In this document: in pieces, positions 40,812 to 50,479 of the stretch
Layout of the letters: each line of letters begins with the position of its first letter
How positions within the stretch are numbered: position 1 is the stretch's first letter
Assembly: GCA_963667665.2 (NCBI GenBank)
Contig: OY763927.2
Location: forward strand, 1,600,001-1,664,000
Length of the DNA: 64,000 bases
DNA from: Nitrosopumilus sp.
GTDB lineage: Archaea; Thermoproteota; Nitrososphaeria; Nitrososphaerales; Nitrosopumilaceae
Direction: 5' to 3'
Translations under genes and position numbers: made by a program
The notes under the pieces: generated by a model
Told to the model about the DNA's origin: nothing
What the model saw: the letters and a program-made list of their open reading frames with translations, nothing else
Database searches by the model: none

Positions 40812-43581
40812 TCAAAGAATTTAATCTTCTTTTATCTTGTATACTTTTTACATAAAACAATGATGTTGCAATAATTCCTAATGCAATTAGTGGTGATGCA
40901 ATCTCTGTATATTTTAATTCAAAGTCATTTGTTGTTTGTATTTGGGAAACAATTACAGGAATTTCTGTAATCTTTATTGTTCCAATCTTGTTTGCTTGTT
41001 GCTCTACAAACCATACATTATCATTTCCATCTGATGTCATAAATTGAATGAATGATGTTTCAGTTGGAACTGGAATCTCAATCAAATTGTTATTATCTGG
41101 ATCATAAACTCCAATGTTATCTATTGTATGCTGTGCAAACCAAATGTTTCCATATTTGTCAAATGTCATTCCAAATGGTAATGCATCTTTATTCGGAACT
41201 GAAATTCTTTCAAATGTTTCTAAAACTGGGTCAAATTTGGTTATGGCTAAGCCTGTATGCTCTGCAATCCACAGATTTCCATCATCATCAAAAATCAAGG
41301 CTTCTGGAGCCTGTAATGGTTCACTTGAGATTTGAGTTATTTGATTATCTTTTGGATCAATGAATCCTATTTTACCTGTACCCGTTGTAGAATACCAAAT
41401 CATTCCCTCTTCATCAACTGCTAAAGCAAATGGTAGTGATTGTTTATCTGGCAATACAATTTCTTCAAAAACATCAAGTTCTGGTAAATATTTTAGAATT
41501 CTATCTTTGTTTACAATTGTAATCCAAATGTTTCCATCAAAATCTGCTTGAATGAATATTGGAGTATTTTCTGAGATTACAGGATCTAGTTTAGGAATTG
41601 TTTTTGTTGTAATCTGTTTATTTTCAGGATCAAAGAATCCTATCTGATTTCTAGGAGTATCTGTAAACCAAATTCTTCCTTTGTTATCTTGTGTTAGAAA
41701 TGTTGTAGTAAGTCCATTAAATGAATATGAGGAAAATTCTTGTGTGTCAAGTGAAAATTGCCATAAACGAGGAGCTGATGGATCACTTATCCAAATAGAA
41801 TTTTTTCCATCATATAATGGAAAAAGAGGCTTTGCATCTTCTGGCAATTCATATTCAATAATTTGAGTTTGGATGTTTGTTAGTCTTGGTTTTACTAGTA
41901 AATTCATTATTTTTGATTCATTTGCATTTTCTGTTCTTTGAGCTTCAATTTCTATTTGCCATTCTCCAAAAAATCCAAATGTTAATTCTCCTTGAAATTC
42001 AATTGGATTATCTTCATTTTCTTTGATAATTTCCATTGGAACTTCAATTGCAGAAATATTTTTTGATGGATTTGATACTTTAACTTTAATTTGATTGGAA
42101 TCATACAGTGGTTTGTTATCAAAGTCACTTACTTTAACTAGAATTGTATTTGCTCCACTTGAAAATGGCGAAATTTCAATTTCAAATTTTGTATTTTCAG
42201 TAAATTCTATAGTCTTAAATCCAAAAATAATTTCTTGTGCATCAACTTTTTGTATTTCTCCTGCTGGTAATGTTCCATTTGTTAGTAATGCAACTACACC
42301 TAATAGTATAATTCCTAAAACTGCATCAACTTTGAGTGATCTCTTTAGCTTTTTGTAAACAGTAATTTTTCCTGATTGAAGATTTTTTTCTGCATTCTTT
42401 TGTACTCTAAACTGAAAAAATCCTCCAAATCCAATTAATATTACAGCAATTGCAATTTTTATAATTATTAATTGACCGTAAACTGATTCAGTAATTAGTC
42501 CTACATCACTTTCTAAGAACCACATAAGAGTTGGTCCTGTAATAATCACAATTCCTATTGCAATGATAAATGCGATTGAGAATCTTGGAATTAATACCAG
42601 ACTCATCTTTTCTCGTGTTGATTCTTTTAATTGTGAAAATGTTGGTAGTAATGTGAAAACAAAATAGAATATTCCACCTATCCATATTGCTGCAACCAAA
42701 TTATGTATGTAATCTAAAACAAGTGCTGGTGATTCTCCACTAGCTGCACCGTGTCCAATTAAGCTTGAAGTTCCAATTAATACAAGTGCAGCTATAAGCA
42801 TTGGAATTTGATTTTTCTTTGATAGAACTTTTTTTCTATCTAATCCAAACCAAATTCCTAGTAAAATTACTGTAATACTCATTCTAATTATCCACATGGT
42901 ACCAAAATCAGTCTGAATTGCATCTATAGGAGAAACTTCTAATCTAATACTTTGTACTACAATCATCAAAATATTAGAGACAAAAATTAAAACTAGTCCA
43001 ATTCCTGTAATTGACATGAATTTTCCATGATGGAATGATTCTATTTTGTCTAATTCTTCTCTAATTAGCTGTTTGTTTTGTGTTCCCCAGATGATTAGAG
43101 ATGCAATTACTGCTCCTAAAACTATAGTTTGACCTACAAGTCCAGGAAATCTTGCACCAGCTTCAGGCAAAAATATAATCTCTGATGGTCTTTCTAATTC
43201 TAACATAGAGAGATCAATTACAACATCTCCTACTGCAAACAAAAATGCGTCTGGAACTAGATGTCCGTCAACTTTAGAGAGAACTTTGGTTGATACAGTA
43301 TAAACTCCATCTTCTAGTGGAGGAGTTGTAACAATAAGTGATAACTCTCCTTCATAGTAACTAGTGTCCTTGTTATCGATTTGGTTTCCATTAGTATCAA
43401 ATACTTTAATTTCACTAAAGTCTATATCAATTGGTTCTGAAAAAAATACAATTACTTCTGTAGTACCAGTAAGTGCATTAGATGTTAAACTGGGAATAGT
43501 TTCTTCTGCAAATGGATGAGCTGCTGCAAATGGAATAGATATTGATGATAAAATTAGTAAAACTATCAGAAATTTTTTCAT
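40801..43581 (-). CDS. CopC-CopD copper uptake protein fused to an Ig-like domain and a Vgb-like beta-propeller
   Basis: AAA/HP N-terminus and VLSKVDGH (CopC); GHGAA, HNLVAAIWIGG, RFS, YGQ..KI (CopD); repeated DxxGNIWF propeller blades. Confidence 0.9.
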   Translation of the reverse strand: MKKFLIVLLILSSISIPFAAAHPFAEETIPSLTSNALTGTTEVIVFFSEPIDIDFSEIKVFDTNGNQIDNKDTSYYEGELSLIVTTPPLEDGVYTVSTKVLSKVDGHLVPDAFLFAVGDVVIDLSMLELERPSEIIFLPEAGARFPGLVGQTIVLGAVIASLIIWGTQNKQLIREELDKIESFHHGKFMSITGIGLVLIFVSNILMIVVQSIRLEVSPIDAIQTDFGTMWIIRMSITVILLGIWFGLDRKKVLSKKNQIPMLIAALVLIGTSSLIGHGAASGESPALVLDYIHNLVAAIWIGGIFYFVFTLLPTFSQLKESTREKMSLVLIPRFSIAFIIAIGIVIITGPTLMWFLESDVGLITESVYGQLIIIKIAIAVILIGFGGFFQFRVQKNAEKNLQSGKITVYKKLKRSLKVDAVLGIILLGVVALLTNGTLPAGEIQKVDAQEIIFGFKTIEFTENTKFEIEISPFSSGANTILVKVSDFDNKPLYDSNQIKVKVSNPSKNISAIEVPMEIIKENEDNPIEFQGELTFGFFGEWQIEIEAQRTENANESKIMNLLVKPRLTNIQTQIIEYELPEDAKPLFPLYDGKNSIWISDPSAPRLWQFSLDTQEFSSYSFNGLTTTFLTQDNKGRIWFTDTPRNQIGFFDPENKQITTKTIPKLDPVISENTPIFIQADFDGNIWITIVNKDRILKYLPELDVFEEIVLPDKQSLPFALAVDEEGMIWYSTTGTGKIGFIDPKDNQITQISSEPLQAPEALIFDDDGNLWIAEHTGLAITKFDPVLETFERISVPNKDALPFGMTFDKYGNIWFAQHTIDNIGVYDPDNNNLIEIPVPTETSFIQFMTSDGNDNVWFVEQQANKIGTIKITEIPVIVSQIQTTNDFELKYTEIASPLIALGIIATSLFYVKSIQDKRRLNSLINS

Positions 43582-43674
43582 TTGATCTTAAAGTCATTAT
43601 TGATAATTTAAACAGTTTTCATATGTTTGAAATTTGCACTAATTCACGTAAAGATAATAATATGTAATTGTCCT

Positions 43675-44451
43675 ATGATAGTCGTGAAGATAGCAATCTT
43701 TGGTTTTATTGCATTATTGTTTTTAATTGGAATGGTTGTACCCTCTTTTGCACATACTACAGTAGAAGTTGGAGAATACAAAATTGAAGTAGGTTGGGGA
43801 ACTGAACCACCTGTTGTGGGAATTAGAAATGACATTGTCTTTAAAATTACTGAATCAGGAGAAAATGAAGGTACATACAAAGGAGTTACTAGTGTCTTCA
43901 AAAATTTGGAGGCTACAGCCATGTATGGTGGTACCACCAAAAAAATTGATATTAATTCTGATCCAAGACCTGGCTATTACTTTTCACCTATAATTCCAAC
44001 TAAAACTGGTAGTTACATTGTGGATCTGAAAGGAGAAATCAGTGGAACTCTTGTTGATGTACAGATTCCTGTTGAAGATATAGAAAGTACGTCTGTCTTG
44101 GATTTTCCTCCTAAAAGCAGTGAAGGACCTGCAGATCTTACTGCTCTAAAAAATGCAATTTCATCATTACAACAAGATGTTTCTAAACTAAAATCTAGCG
44201 AAACTTCTGTTTCTTCTGATGATGCAGCTTACAATCTCGCTTTTTTTTCTTTAACAATAAGTATAGCTGCTATAGTACTTGGACTCATCTTTGCCTTAAC
44301 TTTGAATTCCAAGAGACATCAACAATCCATGGATAAAATGACGAAAGAACATAAGGAATCTATGTATGAAATGTTGAAACAGGTTGAATTTTATAAAATA
44401 CAATTGGATGATTTAAGACGAATTCTTGAAAAAGAAAATAGAAAAGAATAA
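43675..44451 (+). CDS. secreted membrane-anchored hypothetical protein (predicted His1 mature terminus)
   Basis: Signal peptide SFA/HTT, GWGTEPP, PTKTGSY, C-terminal TM and coiled tail. Confidence 0.75.
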   Translation: MIVVKIAIFGFIALLFLIGMVVPSFAHTTVEVGEYKIEVGWGTEPPVVGIRNDIVFKITESGENEGTYKGVTSVFKNLEATAMYGGTTKKIDINSDPRPGYYFSPIIPTKTGSYIVDLKGEISGTLVDVQIPVEDIESTSVLDFPPKSSEGPADLTALKNAISSLQQDVSKLKSSETSVSSDDAAYNLAFFSLTISIAAIVLGLIFALTLNSKRHQQSMDKMTKEHKESMYEMLKQVEFYKIQLDDLRRILEKENRKE

Positions 44452-44454
44452 TTC

Positions 44455-45444
44455 CTAAAATCTTGGAACTATTCTAGATTTTGCAGTTACTGCTACTATG
44501 CTTATGATTGCAACAACTAGTATCATCATTGCTATTGTACCAAATTCTGGAACAACTTGTGTAGATGCTACTGTACCTGTTGGTCCAGTCCAATCTTGAT
44601 CAGCCCCTGGAGGACCAATACCTAAAGAAACTATTTCGATATCTATTGGACTTTCATCAGATCCAACAGCATCTATCATGTGACTTGCACCAGTCATTTC
44701 CATGGCGTGTGCAGCTTCTTTAAAGATCTCTTCACCATTTTGCATTGCAGTTATTTCATAGTTGACGTGTATTGTGCTAAAGTCAAGATTAACTTGAGTT
44801 CCGCCATCTACAACTGAGTCGGTAATTGTTACCACTAACTCTTCTTCCATGGTTTCTTCCATGGTTTCTTCCATGGTTTCTTCCATGGTTTCTTCCATGG
44901 TTTCTTCCATGGTTTCTTCCATGGTTTCTTCCATGGTTTCTTCCATGGTTTCTTCCATGGTTTCTTCCATGGTTTCTTCCATGGTTTCTTCTTCAGGAGT
45001 TTCTTCCATGGTTTCTTCTTCTGCAGCTTTTGCTTCTTGTACTATGAGCGTTGCTTTCATCCAAACATGCAATATACAGTAGTATGGATATGTACCTGGT
45101 TCAAGTTCTTTATCTAATATCCAAGAGACTCCTGGATTTAGAAAACCAGAATTAAATTTACCATCTGGACTTGGGACATATCCCTCTACGGTTCCTGATG
45201 TGTATGTATGCATTGTAGTTTCATCAGCGTTTGTCATTGTTACAACATCTCCAACATCAACTGTTACAGTACTTGGGGTGTAACAACCTGCTTCAGATTC
45301 CGAACAAGCATCAGGAGTATCTAGATCCGTATCTACTGTAGAGATTGTAACTTCTGAACGATCTGCAAAGGCAGCTGGTGTTGATGAAACCATTACAGCT
45401 GCGATAGCAAATAGTACGAAGAAAGAGCAAACTTTAGTCTTCAT
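44455..45444 (-). CDS. blue (type 1) copper cupredoxin protein with EETM-repeat stalk and PEFG-CTERM anchor
   Basis: MHTYTSG...YYCILHVWM copper ligands; VVPEFG + TM. Confidence 0.92.
   Translation of the reverse strand: MKTKVCSFFVLFAIAAVMVSSTPAAFADRSEVTISTVDTDLDTPDACSESEAGCYTPSTVTVDVGDVVTMTNADETTMHTYTSGTVEGYVPSPDGKFNSGFLNPGVSWILDKELEPGTYPYYCILHVWMKATLIVQEAKAAEEETMEETPEEETMEETMEETMEETMEETMEETMEETMEETMEETMEETMEETMEETMEEELVVTITDSVVDGGTQVNLDFSTIHVNYEITAMQNGEEIFKEAAHAMEMTGASHMIDAVGSDESPIDIEIVSLGIGPPGADQDWTGPTGTVASTQVVPEFGTIAMMILVVAIISIVAVTAKSRIVPRF
44842..44985. repeat. 12-bp tandem repeat x12 (TTCTTCCATGGT), encodes (EETM)n
   Basis: 12 perfect units read directly, plus one further unit at 45001-45012. 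Confidence 0.97.
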
Positions 45445-45878
45445 GATCCAAATTACTTGTATGGATACATAAAAACCTCACTAAAATTCTCAAAAAATAG
45501 AACTTAATTTTTTCTAATCTGGTATAATTTTAGAATTCCAAATGCAGGAATTCCAGCATACATTCCAATATTTAGTAGAATTAGAGAGATTCCATATCCT
45601 AACATCTCTTCCTCTGAATTAATGTCAACATAATTCAGTAAAGACAATGATGATAACATTGGAGTTAGTGTTAGTTTCACAACTTCTTTGAATACTGGAG
45701 ATTCTCGTTCCAAATCAGCTATCATTGGTGAAAATGAATAGTATAATTGATTAAATCCTGCCATAAATGAAGTTCCAGATTCTGTTGATAAAATAGTATT
45801 ATCTCTAAGTTCTCTTAATTGTTGTACTTGTGGTGCCATTTCTGAACCAAATGCTGCAGTAGCAATTAGACAACCGCC
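45344..45878. repeat. ~535-bp direct repeat, copy 1
   Basis: Near-identical to 46315-46849 (offset 971); covers signal-peptide region, promoter and CFI-box tail. Confidence 0.95.
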
Positions 45879-46415
45879 ACCTTCTTCCTCCATAGCTTCA
45901 GTCTCTTCCATCATGACTTCCTCTTCAACAACTTCTTCCTCCATTACCTCTTCTTCCACAGTCTCTTCCATTACCTCTTCTTCCACAGTCTCTTCCATTA
46001 CCTCTTCTTCTGCTTCTTGTACTATGATCAAACCTTGCGTCCAAGGATGAATCATACAAAAGTATTTGACTTCACCTACGGTGTCTGGAAACCATTCAAA
46101 GGATTCTCCTGTTTTTAACAGTCCAGGTTCTCCAAATTCACTACCAACTGTTGCAGTATCTGATAAATCTACAAATGATGTGAATGTATGTGATTTAATA
46201 TCAGTATTTGAAAATATTACCTTTCCACCAACATCAACTGTTGCAATACTTGGGGAATAACATCCATCTGCAGTATCCTCACATCCTGAAACACCAGAGC
46301 CTGCTACAGGTTCAATTGTAACTTCTGAATGATCTGCAAAGGCAGCTGGTGTTGATGAAACCATTACAGCTGCGATAGCAAATAGTACGAAGAAAGAGCA
46401 AACTTTAGTCTTCAT
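45504..46415 (-). CDS. cupredoxin-domain protein with acidic linker and CFI-box-CTERM domain
   Basis: SHTFTS...YFCMIHPWT; EEEVMEETV repeats; GGCLIATAAFGSEMAPQVQQLRELRD. Confidence 0.9.
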   Translation of the reverse strand: MKTKVCSFFVLFAIAAVMVSSTPAAFADHSEVTIEPVAGSGVSGCEDTADGCYSPSIATVDVGGKVIFSNTDIKSHTFTSFVDLSDTATVGSEFGEPGLLKTGESFEWFPDTVGEVKYFCMIHPWTQGLIIVQEAEEEVMEETVEEEVMEETVEEEVMEEEVVEEEVMMEETEAMEEEGGGCLIATAAFGSEMAPQVQQLRELRDNTILSTESGTSFMAGFNQLYYSFSPMIADLERESPVFKEVVKLTLTPMLSSLSLLNYVDINSEEEMLGYGISLILLNIGMYAGIPAFGILKLYQIRKN

Positions 46416-46849
46416 GATCCAAATTACTTGTATGGATATATAAAAACCTCACTAGAATTCTCAAAAAATAGAACTTAATTTTTTCTAATCTGGTATAATT
46501 TTAGAATTCCAAATGCAGGAATTCCAGCATACATTCCAATATTTAGTAGAATTAGAGAGATTCCATATCCTAACATCTCTTCTTCTGAATCAATCTCAAC
46601 ATAATTCAGTAAAGACAATGATGATAACATTGGAGTTAGTGTTAGTTTCACAACTTCTTTGAATACTGGAGATTCTCGTTCCAAATCAGCTATCATTGGT
46701 GAAAATGAATAGTATAATTGATTAAATCCTGCCATAAATGAAGTTCCAGATTCTGTTGATAAAATAGTATTATCTCTAAGTTCTCTTAATTGTTGTACTT
46801 GTGGTGCCATTTCTGAACCAAATGCTGCAGTAGCAATTAGACAACCCCC
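46315..46849. repeat. ~535-bp direct repeat, copy 2
   Basis: Near-identical to 45344-45878. Confidence 0.95.
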
Positions 46850-47281
46850 ATTTTCTTCGTTATCAAGTGTTGTAATAGGTTGAGCTTCACCTACTATAAT
46901 ATCAAAAGAAACTGTTTCTGGTGGAATTGGAGTAAATAAAATTCCCTCAACTTCAATATCTGCTGAATACACTCCTTCATCTGAAAATTTAATAGGAATA
47001 TTTCCAAATCCTTCTGATGTATGTACAAATGGTTCGGGAGTAGTAAATATTATTTCTCCACTTTCATTTGAAATTTTAAGTGTATAATCAATATGTACTT
47101 GAGTCTTTTTTAATACAGGATTGATAAATTCTATTAATACTTTATTTAATTCACCCGGAATAATTTCATCATAAGATATTTTCACATCTAATGCTCCTGC
47201 ATCTGTTGGTAAAGTTTGAGATTCAGCATATGCTGGAATTATTAAAAGTGGAATGAATAACAATGCAAATAGTAATTTCAT
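46475..47281 (-). CDS. secreted putative copper-binding protein with CFI-box-CTERM domain
   Basis: Signal peptide, QVHIDY / HTSEG / VEGILF.PIPPE domain, GGCLIATAAFGS tail. Confidence 0.82.
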   Translation of the reverse strand: MKLLFALLFIPLLIIPAYAESQTLPTDAGALDVKISYDEIIPGELNKVLIEFINPVLKKTQVHIDYTLKISNESGEIIFTTPEPFVHTSEGFGNIPIKFSDEGVYSADIEVEGILFTPIPPETVSFDIIVGEAQPITTLDNEENGGCLIATAAFGSEMAPQVQQLRELRDNTILSTESGTSFMAGFNQLYYSFSPMIADLERESPVFKEVVKLTLTPMLSSLSLLNYVEIDSEEEMLGYGISLILLNIGMYAGIPAFGILKLYQIRKN

Positions 47282-47390
47282 AATTTTTGTTTTAGTATGA
47301 TAAATAAAAATTCTCCTTTATTTTTCTAAAAAGAATTATCACGCATAGAAATTCTGTGCCAGCTTTAAATATGGATTTAACATAATTTTT

Positions 47391-49112
47391 TTGTTGTATA
47401 GCAAGTTTGTACTATTCATAATAATTATTGGCATTTTTACAGTTTCTGTTATTCTTCCAGATGCATTTGGACATGGACTTGGAGGAGATCAAGCACCGGC
47501 TGTAACATTTGATGATATGGAAGTAACTGTACGTACACAATTGAGTCCATCTGATATTACAGTAGGTAATGTCGATTTTGCTAATATGCAAATACGTTTC
47601 TTTGATACACTAACTGATCTTAATCTTGAAAAAGTAACATACAGAGTAGAACTATGGCAAAGTGGAGAACTTTTAGCAAGAAATTTGTTTTATGACCCAG
47701 ACGGACGATTAGACGTTAAAATTAAACCAATATTTGGATGTGATGAAATTGATCTCAAGGACTGTACAATTTATTATGGTTCTGAACATGTTAGTGCTCC
47801 TGGTGCACTATTTGTACAAGGACAAGCGTGTACTGATGATAATTTAGAAATTTGTGGACGAGCAACTATTCAAGGTCCAATATTTGTAAAAGGCGGCTTG
47901 TACAAAATTACCATTGACATTGAAGCAGCTAATAGTCCAAGAACAGTACTTGCTGAAAGACTAAGTTATGATACTTTTATTAGCATTGCACAAGAACAAG
48001 ACTTTTTTTTCCAGACTGCAAACGCTGAAGAAATTCCAGTTGTAATAAAAACATACTATGATGATGTTGATAATTTCAAATTTGATCAATCAGATAATTC
48101 AATTTCATTTGATATGCCATTTGATTGGAGTCCAGAATATGTTGATTTGGTACAAGTGGTACATGAAGAAGTTAGAGTTCCAAAATCATTTGCACCTTAT
48201 GCAGAAGGAAAACAATTCAAAGGATATGTTAATGGTATAGAAATTGATCAAAGGGCATTACTTAATGATCCTTATTCCTATGATGATACCAACATTGTTC
48301 ATTTCCTAATTACAAAAAATGAATTACAAAAAATTAATCAAGCATTGGGGCCAAATAACTATGACAACCCAAAGATGGACTTGAAACTAGTTCCACTTAG
48401 TGAAGTATCAAAAAGTTCAACTGAATTTTATCTTGTAGATACTACAAACTATGAACAAGTACCAACAACTGTGAAAATTTCATGGGATGGAAGTTATGGT
48501 GCAGGTGATGAAGTACCTTTTGAAATTACGTTCTTTGATGAAAACAGAGATCTCATTAAAGACATTAGATATGCAATTTCATTTATTGATGAAAATGATC
48601 AAGAATTAGAAAGATTTGCAGGAGATGATCCTCAAAATCCTGGAATTGTTTCTACAGAAGGAATTGATATTCAATCAATCCGTATACCATCTCAAGGACA
48701 ATACAGAATTGATATTCTAGTTTATGGAACAGGATTAGACTATAACGCAAAGTATGCTGGAATTGGTACCGGAATTGTTGAGATTGGACCTAGCCTTCCT
48801 AAATCTACAACAACTACACCACAAGTACAACCACCTACTGCAATTCCATCATGGATTAAAAATAATGCAGGCTGGTGGGCAGATGGTTCAATTGATGACT
48901 CTTCATTTGTTCAAGGAATTCAATTTTTGATCAAAGAAGATGTTCTAAAGATTCCTCCAACCACACAAGGCTCTAGTTCTGGTTCAAATGAAATTCCATC
49001 ATGGATTAAAAATAATGCAGGCTGGTGGGCAGATGGTTCAATTGATGACTCTTCATTTGTTCAAGGAATTCAATTTTTGATCAAAGAAGGAATCATGAGG
49101 ATTCAATCATAG
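47391..49112 (+). CDS. secreted surface protein with two C-terminal [13 protein letters not shown] repeats
   Basis: Signal peptide AFG/HG; thaumarchaeal [32 protein letters not shown] module x2. Confidence 0.85.
   Translation: MLYSKFVLFIIIIGIFTVSVILPDAFGHGLGGDQAPAVTFDDMEVTVRTQLSPSDITVGNVDFANMQIRFFDTLTDLNLEKVTYRVELWQSGELLARNLFYDPDGRLDVKIKPIFGCDEIDLKDCTIYYGSEHVSAPGALFVQGQACTDDNLEICGRATIQGPIFVKGGLYKITIDIEAANSPRTVLAERLSYDTFISIAQEQDFFFQTANAEEIPVVIKTYYDDVDNFKFDQSDNSISFDMPFDWSPEYVDLVQVVHEEVRVPKSFAPYAEGKQFKGYVNGIEIDQRALLNDPYSYDDTNIVHFLITKNELQKINQALGPNNYDNPKMDLKLVPLSEVSKSSTEFYLVDTTNYEQVPTTVKISWDGSYGAGDEVPFEITFFDENRDLIKDIRYAISFIDENDQELERFAGDDPQNPGIVSTEGIDIQSIRIPSQGQYRIDILVYGTGLDYNAKYAGIGTGIVEIGPSLPKSTTTTPQVQPPTAIPSWIKNNAGWWADGSIDDSSFVQGIQFLIKEDVLKIPPTTQGSSSGSNEIPSWIKNNAGWWADGSIDDSSFVQGIQFLIKEGIMRIQS
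48842..49089. repeat. two identical 98-bp intragenic repeats (48842-48939 and 48992-49089)
   Basis: Read directly; offset 150 nt. Confidence 0.92.
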
Positions 49113-49145
49113 GTTTTTAAATCAATTTTGTAGAGTGTTAGTATA

Positions 49146-49352
49146 ATGAAAGACATCAATGATATCATGCCAAAAGTTCCAAACATGAGATGGGGTGCAC
49201 TAATGAACAAAGCACCAACTAATGACAAAGTTACTGAAATGAATAAAATTTTTCCAAGTAATGGAAAATGGCATACTGTCTTTGAAGAAAAAGATCAAAT
49301 TACAATTGATGGAAAGCAAATCAACAAAAAAGATCCTAACAAGTGGACATAG
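49146..49352 (+). CDS. small hypothetical protein (68 aa)
   Basis: MKDINDIMPKVPNMRWGAL...; TTTAAA box upstream. Confidence 0.75.
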   Translation: MKDINDIMPKVPNMRWGALMNKAPTNDKVTEMNKIFPSNGKWHTVFEEKDQITIDGKQINKKDPNKWT

Positions 49353-49397
49353 CTTGAATAATGTTATTATACGATTTTCATCGAATCTAAACATCTA

Positions 49398-50174
49398 ATG
49401 TTTCCATTACGTGATGAAAATCCACATCCTCCAGGTTTCAAACCAAAAGTAACTATAGCGTTAATTATTGCCAATGCGATTGTATTTTTTATTGAAGTAG
49501 CAATCACTGGACAGTTTTTTGATTTTTCAAACCAAAATGCATTTGCAATGTTTTATGATTGGGGTGCAGTTCCAAATTGTGTAACTGGTGCAAATTTTTC
49601 TGCAATTGACTTTGGTGCAGGACCTGTTAGAATTTCATGCCCTAGTACTCCATACATTTCTTTGATTAGTTCTACATTCATGCATGGTGGTTTGCTTCAC
49701 TTTGCTGGTAACATGTGGTTCTTGTGGATCTTTGGTGATAACATTGAACAAAAGTTTGGAAAAGCAAAATTTCTTGGAATTTATCTAATGTGGGGAGTAA
49801 CTTCAGGATTAATTCACATCTTTGGTGATCCAAGCAGTGTTATTCCTGCAGTTGGTGCATCTGGCGCAATTTCTGGAGTATTAGGAGCATATCTTGTAAT
49901 TTTCCCAAAAGCAAGAATTCAAACTTTCTTGATGATGGGATTCTTTTGGAGAATGATGTACATTCAGGCTAGATGGTTTTTACCATTCTGGTTGGTCTTT
50001 CAGAACTTACTTCCATTCTTCATAGGAGGATTTGGTATTGCAGGCGGCGGAGTTGCATATCTTGCACACATTGGTGGATTTGTGATTGGTTTAGCAACTG
50101 GTTACATTTACAAAAAAACACACAGTTCTGATTTTATGTATGGTACAAGATACGGCTACAGACAAGAATATTGA
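49398..50174 (+). CDS. rhomboid-family intramembrane serine protease
   Basis: FMHGGLLHFAGNM, GASGAISG, AHIGGF. Confidence 0.95.
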   Translation: MFPLRDENPHPPGFKPKVTIALIIANAIVFFIEVAITGQFFDFSNQNAFAMFYDWGAVPNCVTGANFSAIDFGAGPVRISCPSTPYISLISSTFMHGGLLHFAGNMWFLWIFGDNIEQKFGKAKFLGIYLMWGVTSGLIHIFGDPSSVIPAVGASGAISGVLGAYLVIFPKARIQTFLMMGFFWRMMYIQARWFLPFWLVFQNLLPFFIGGFGIAGGGVAYLAHIGGFVIGLATGYIYKKTHSSDFMYGTRYGYRQEY

Positions 50175-50207
50175 AAACATAAATCGCTGAATCTATTTGA
50201 AATCATC

Positions 50208-50384
50208 ATGCCATTGATTACAGTATCAATGTATCCTGGTAGAACACAGGAACAAAAAGATGAATATGCAAAAGCAATCACAAAATCAGCAGTAGAGATT
50301 CTCAAAACAAAAGAAACTCATGTAATTGTTGTTTTTGAAGACAATCCTAAAGAAAATTGGTTTTCAGCAGGAAAGCGTTTGTGA
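50208..50384 (+). CDS. 4-oxalocrotonate tautomerase family protein (58 aa)
   Basis: MPLITVSMYPGRTQEQKDEYAKAITKSAVEILKTKETHVIVVFEDNPKENWFSAGKRL*; catalytic Pro1, GR..EQK. Confidence 0.9.
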   Translation: MPLITVSMYPGRTQEQKDEYAKAITKSAVEILKTKETHVIVVFEDNPKENWFSAGKRL

Positions 50385-50451
50385 ATGTCTAGTATATAGT
50401 ACAAGATGATCACCTTGTACGATACAAATCTAGATTTTTTATTATTTTAAC

Positions 50452-50479
50452 AAAAAAGATTGGGCCAAATTGCCCAATC
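50452..50479 (-). terminator. GC hairpin followed by T6 on the minus strand
   Basis: GATTGGGC-CAAATT-GCCCAATC (50458-50479) adjacent to A6 (50452-50457). Confidence 0.4.

Noticed and set aside
44842-44985. Possible CRISPR array
   Set aside because: Head-to-tail 12-bp units without spacers, inside a CDS.
44826-45082. Track ORFs with (PWFL)n and (MVSS)n
   Set aside because: Antisense readings of the EETM tandem repeat, not genes.
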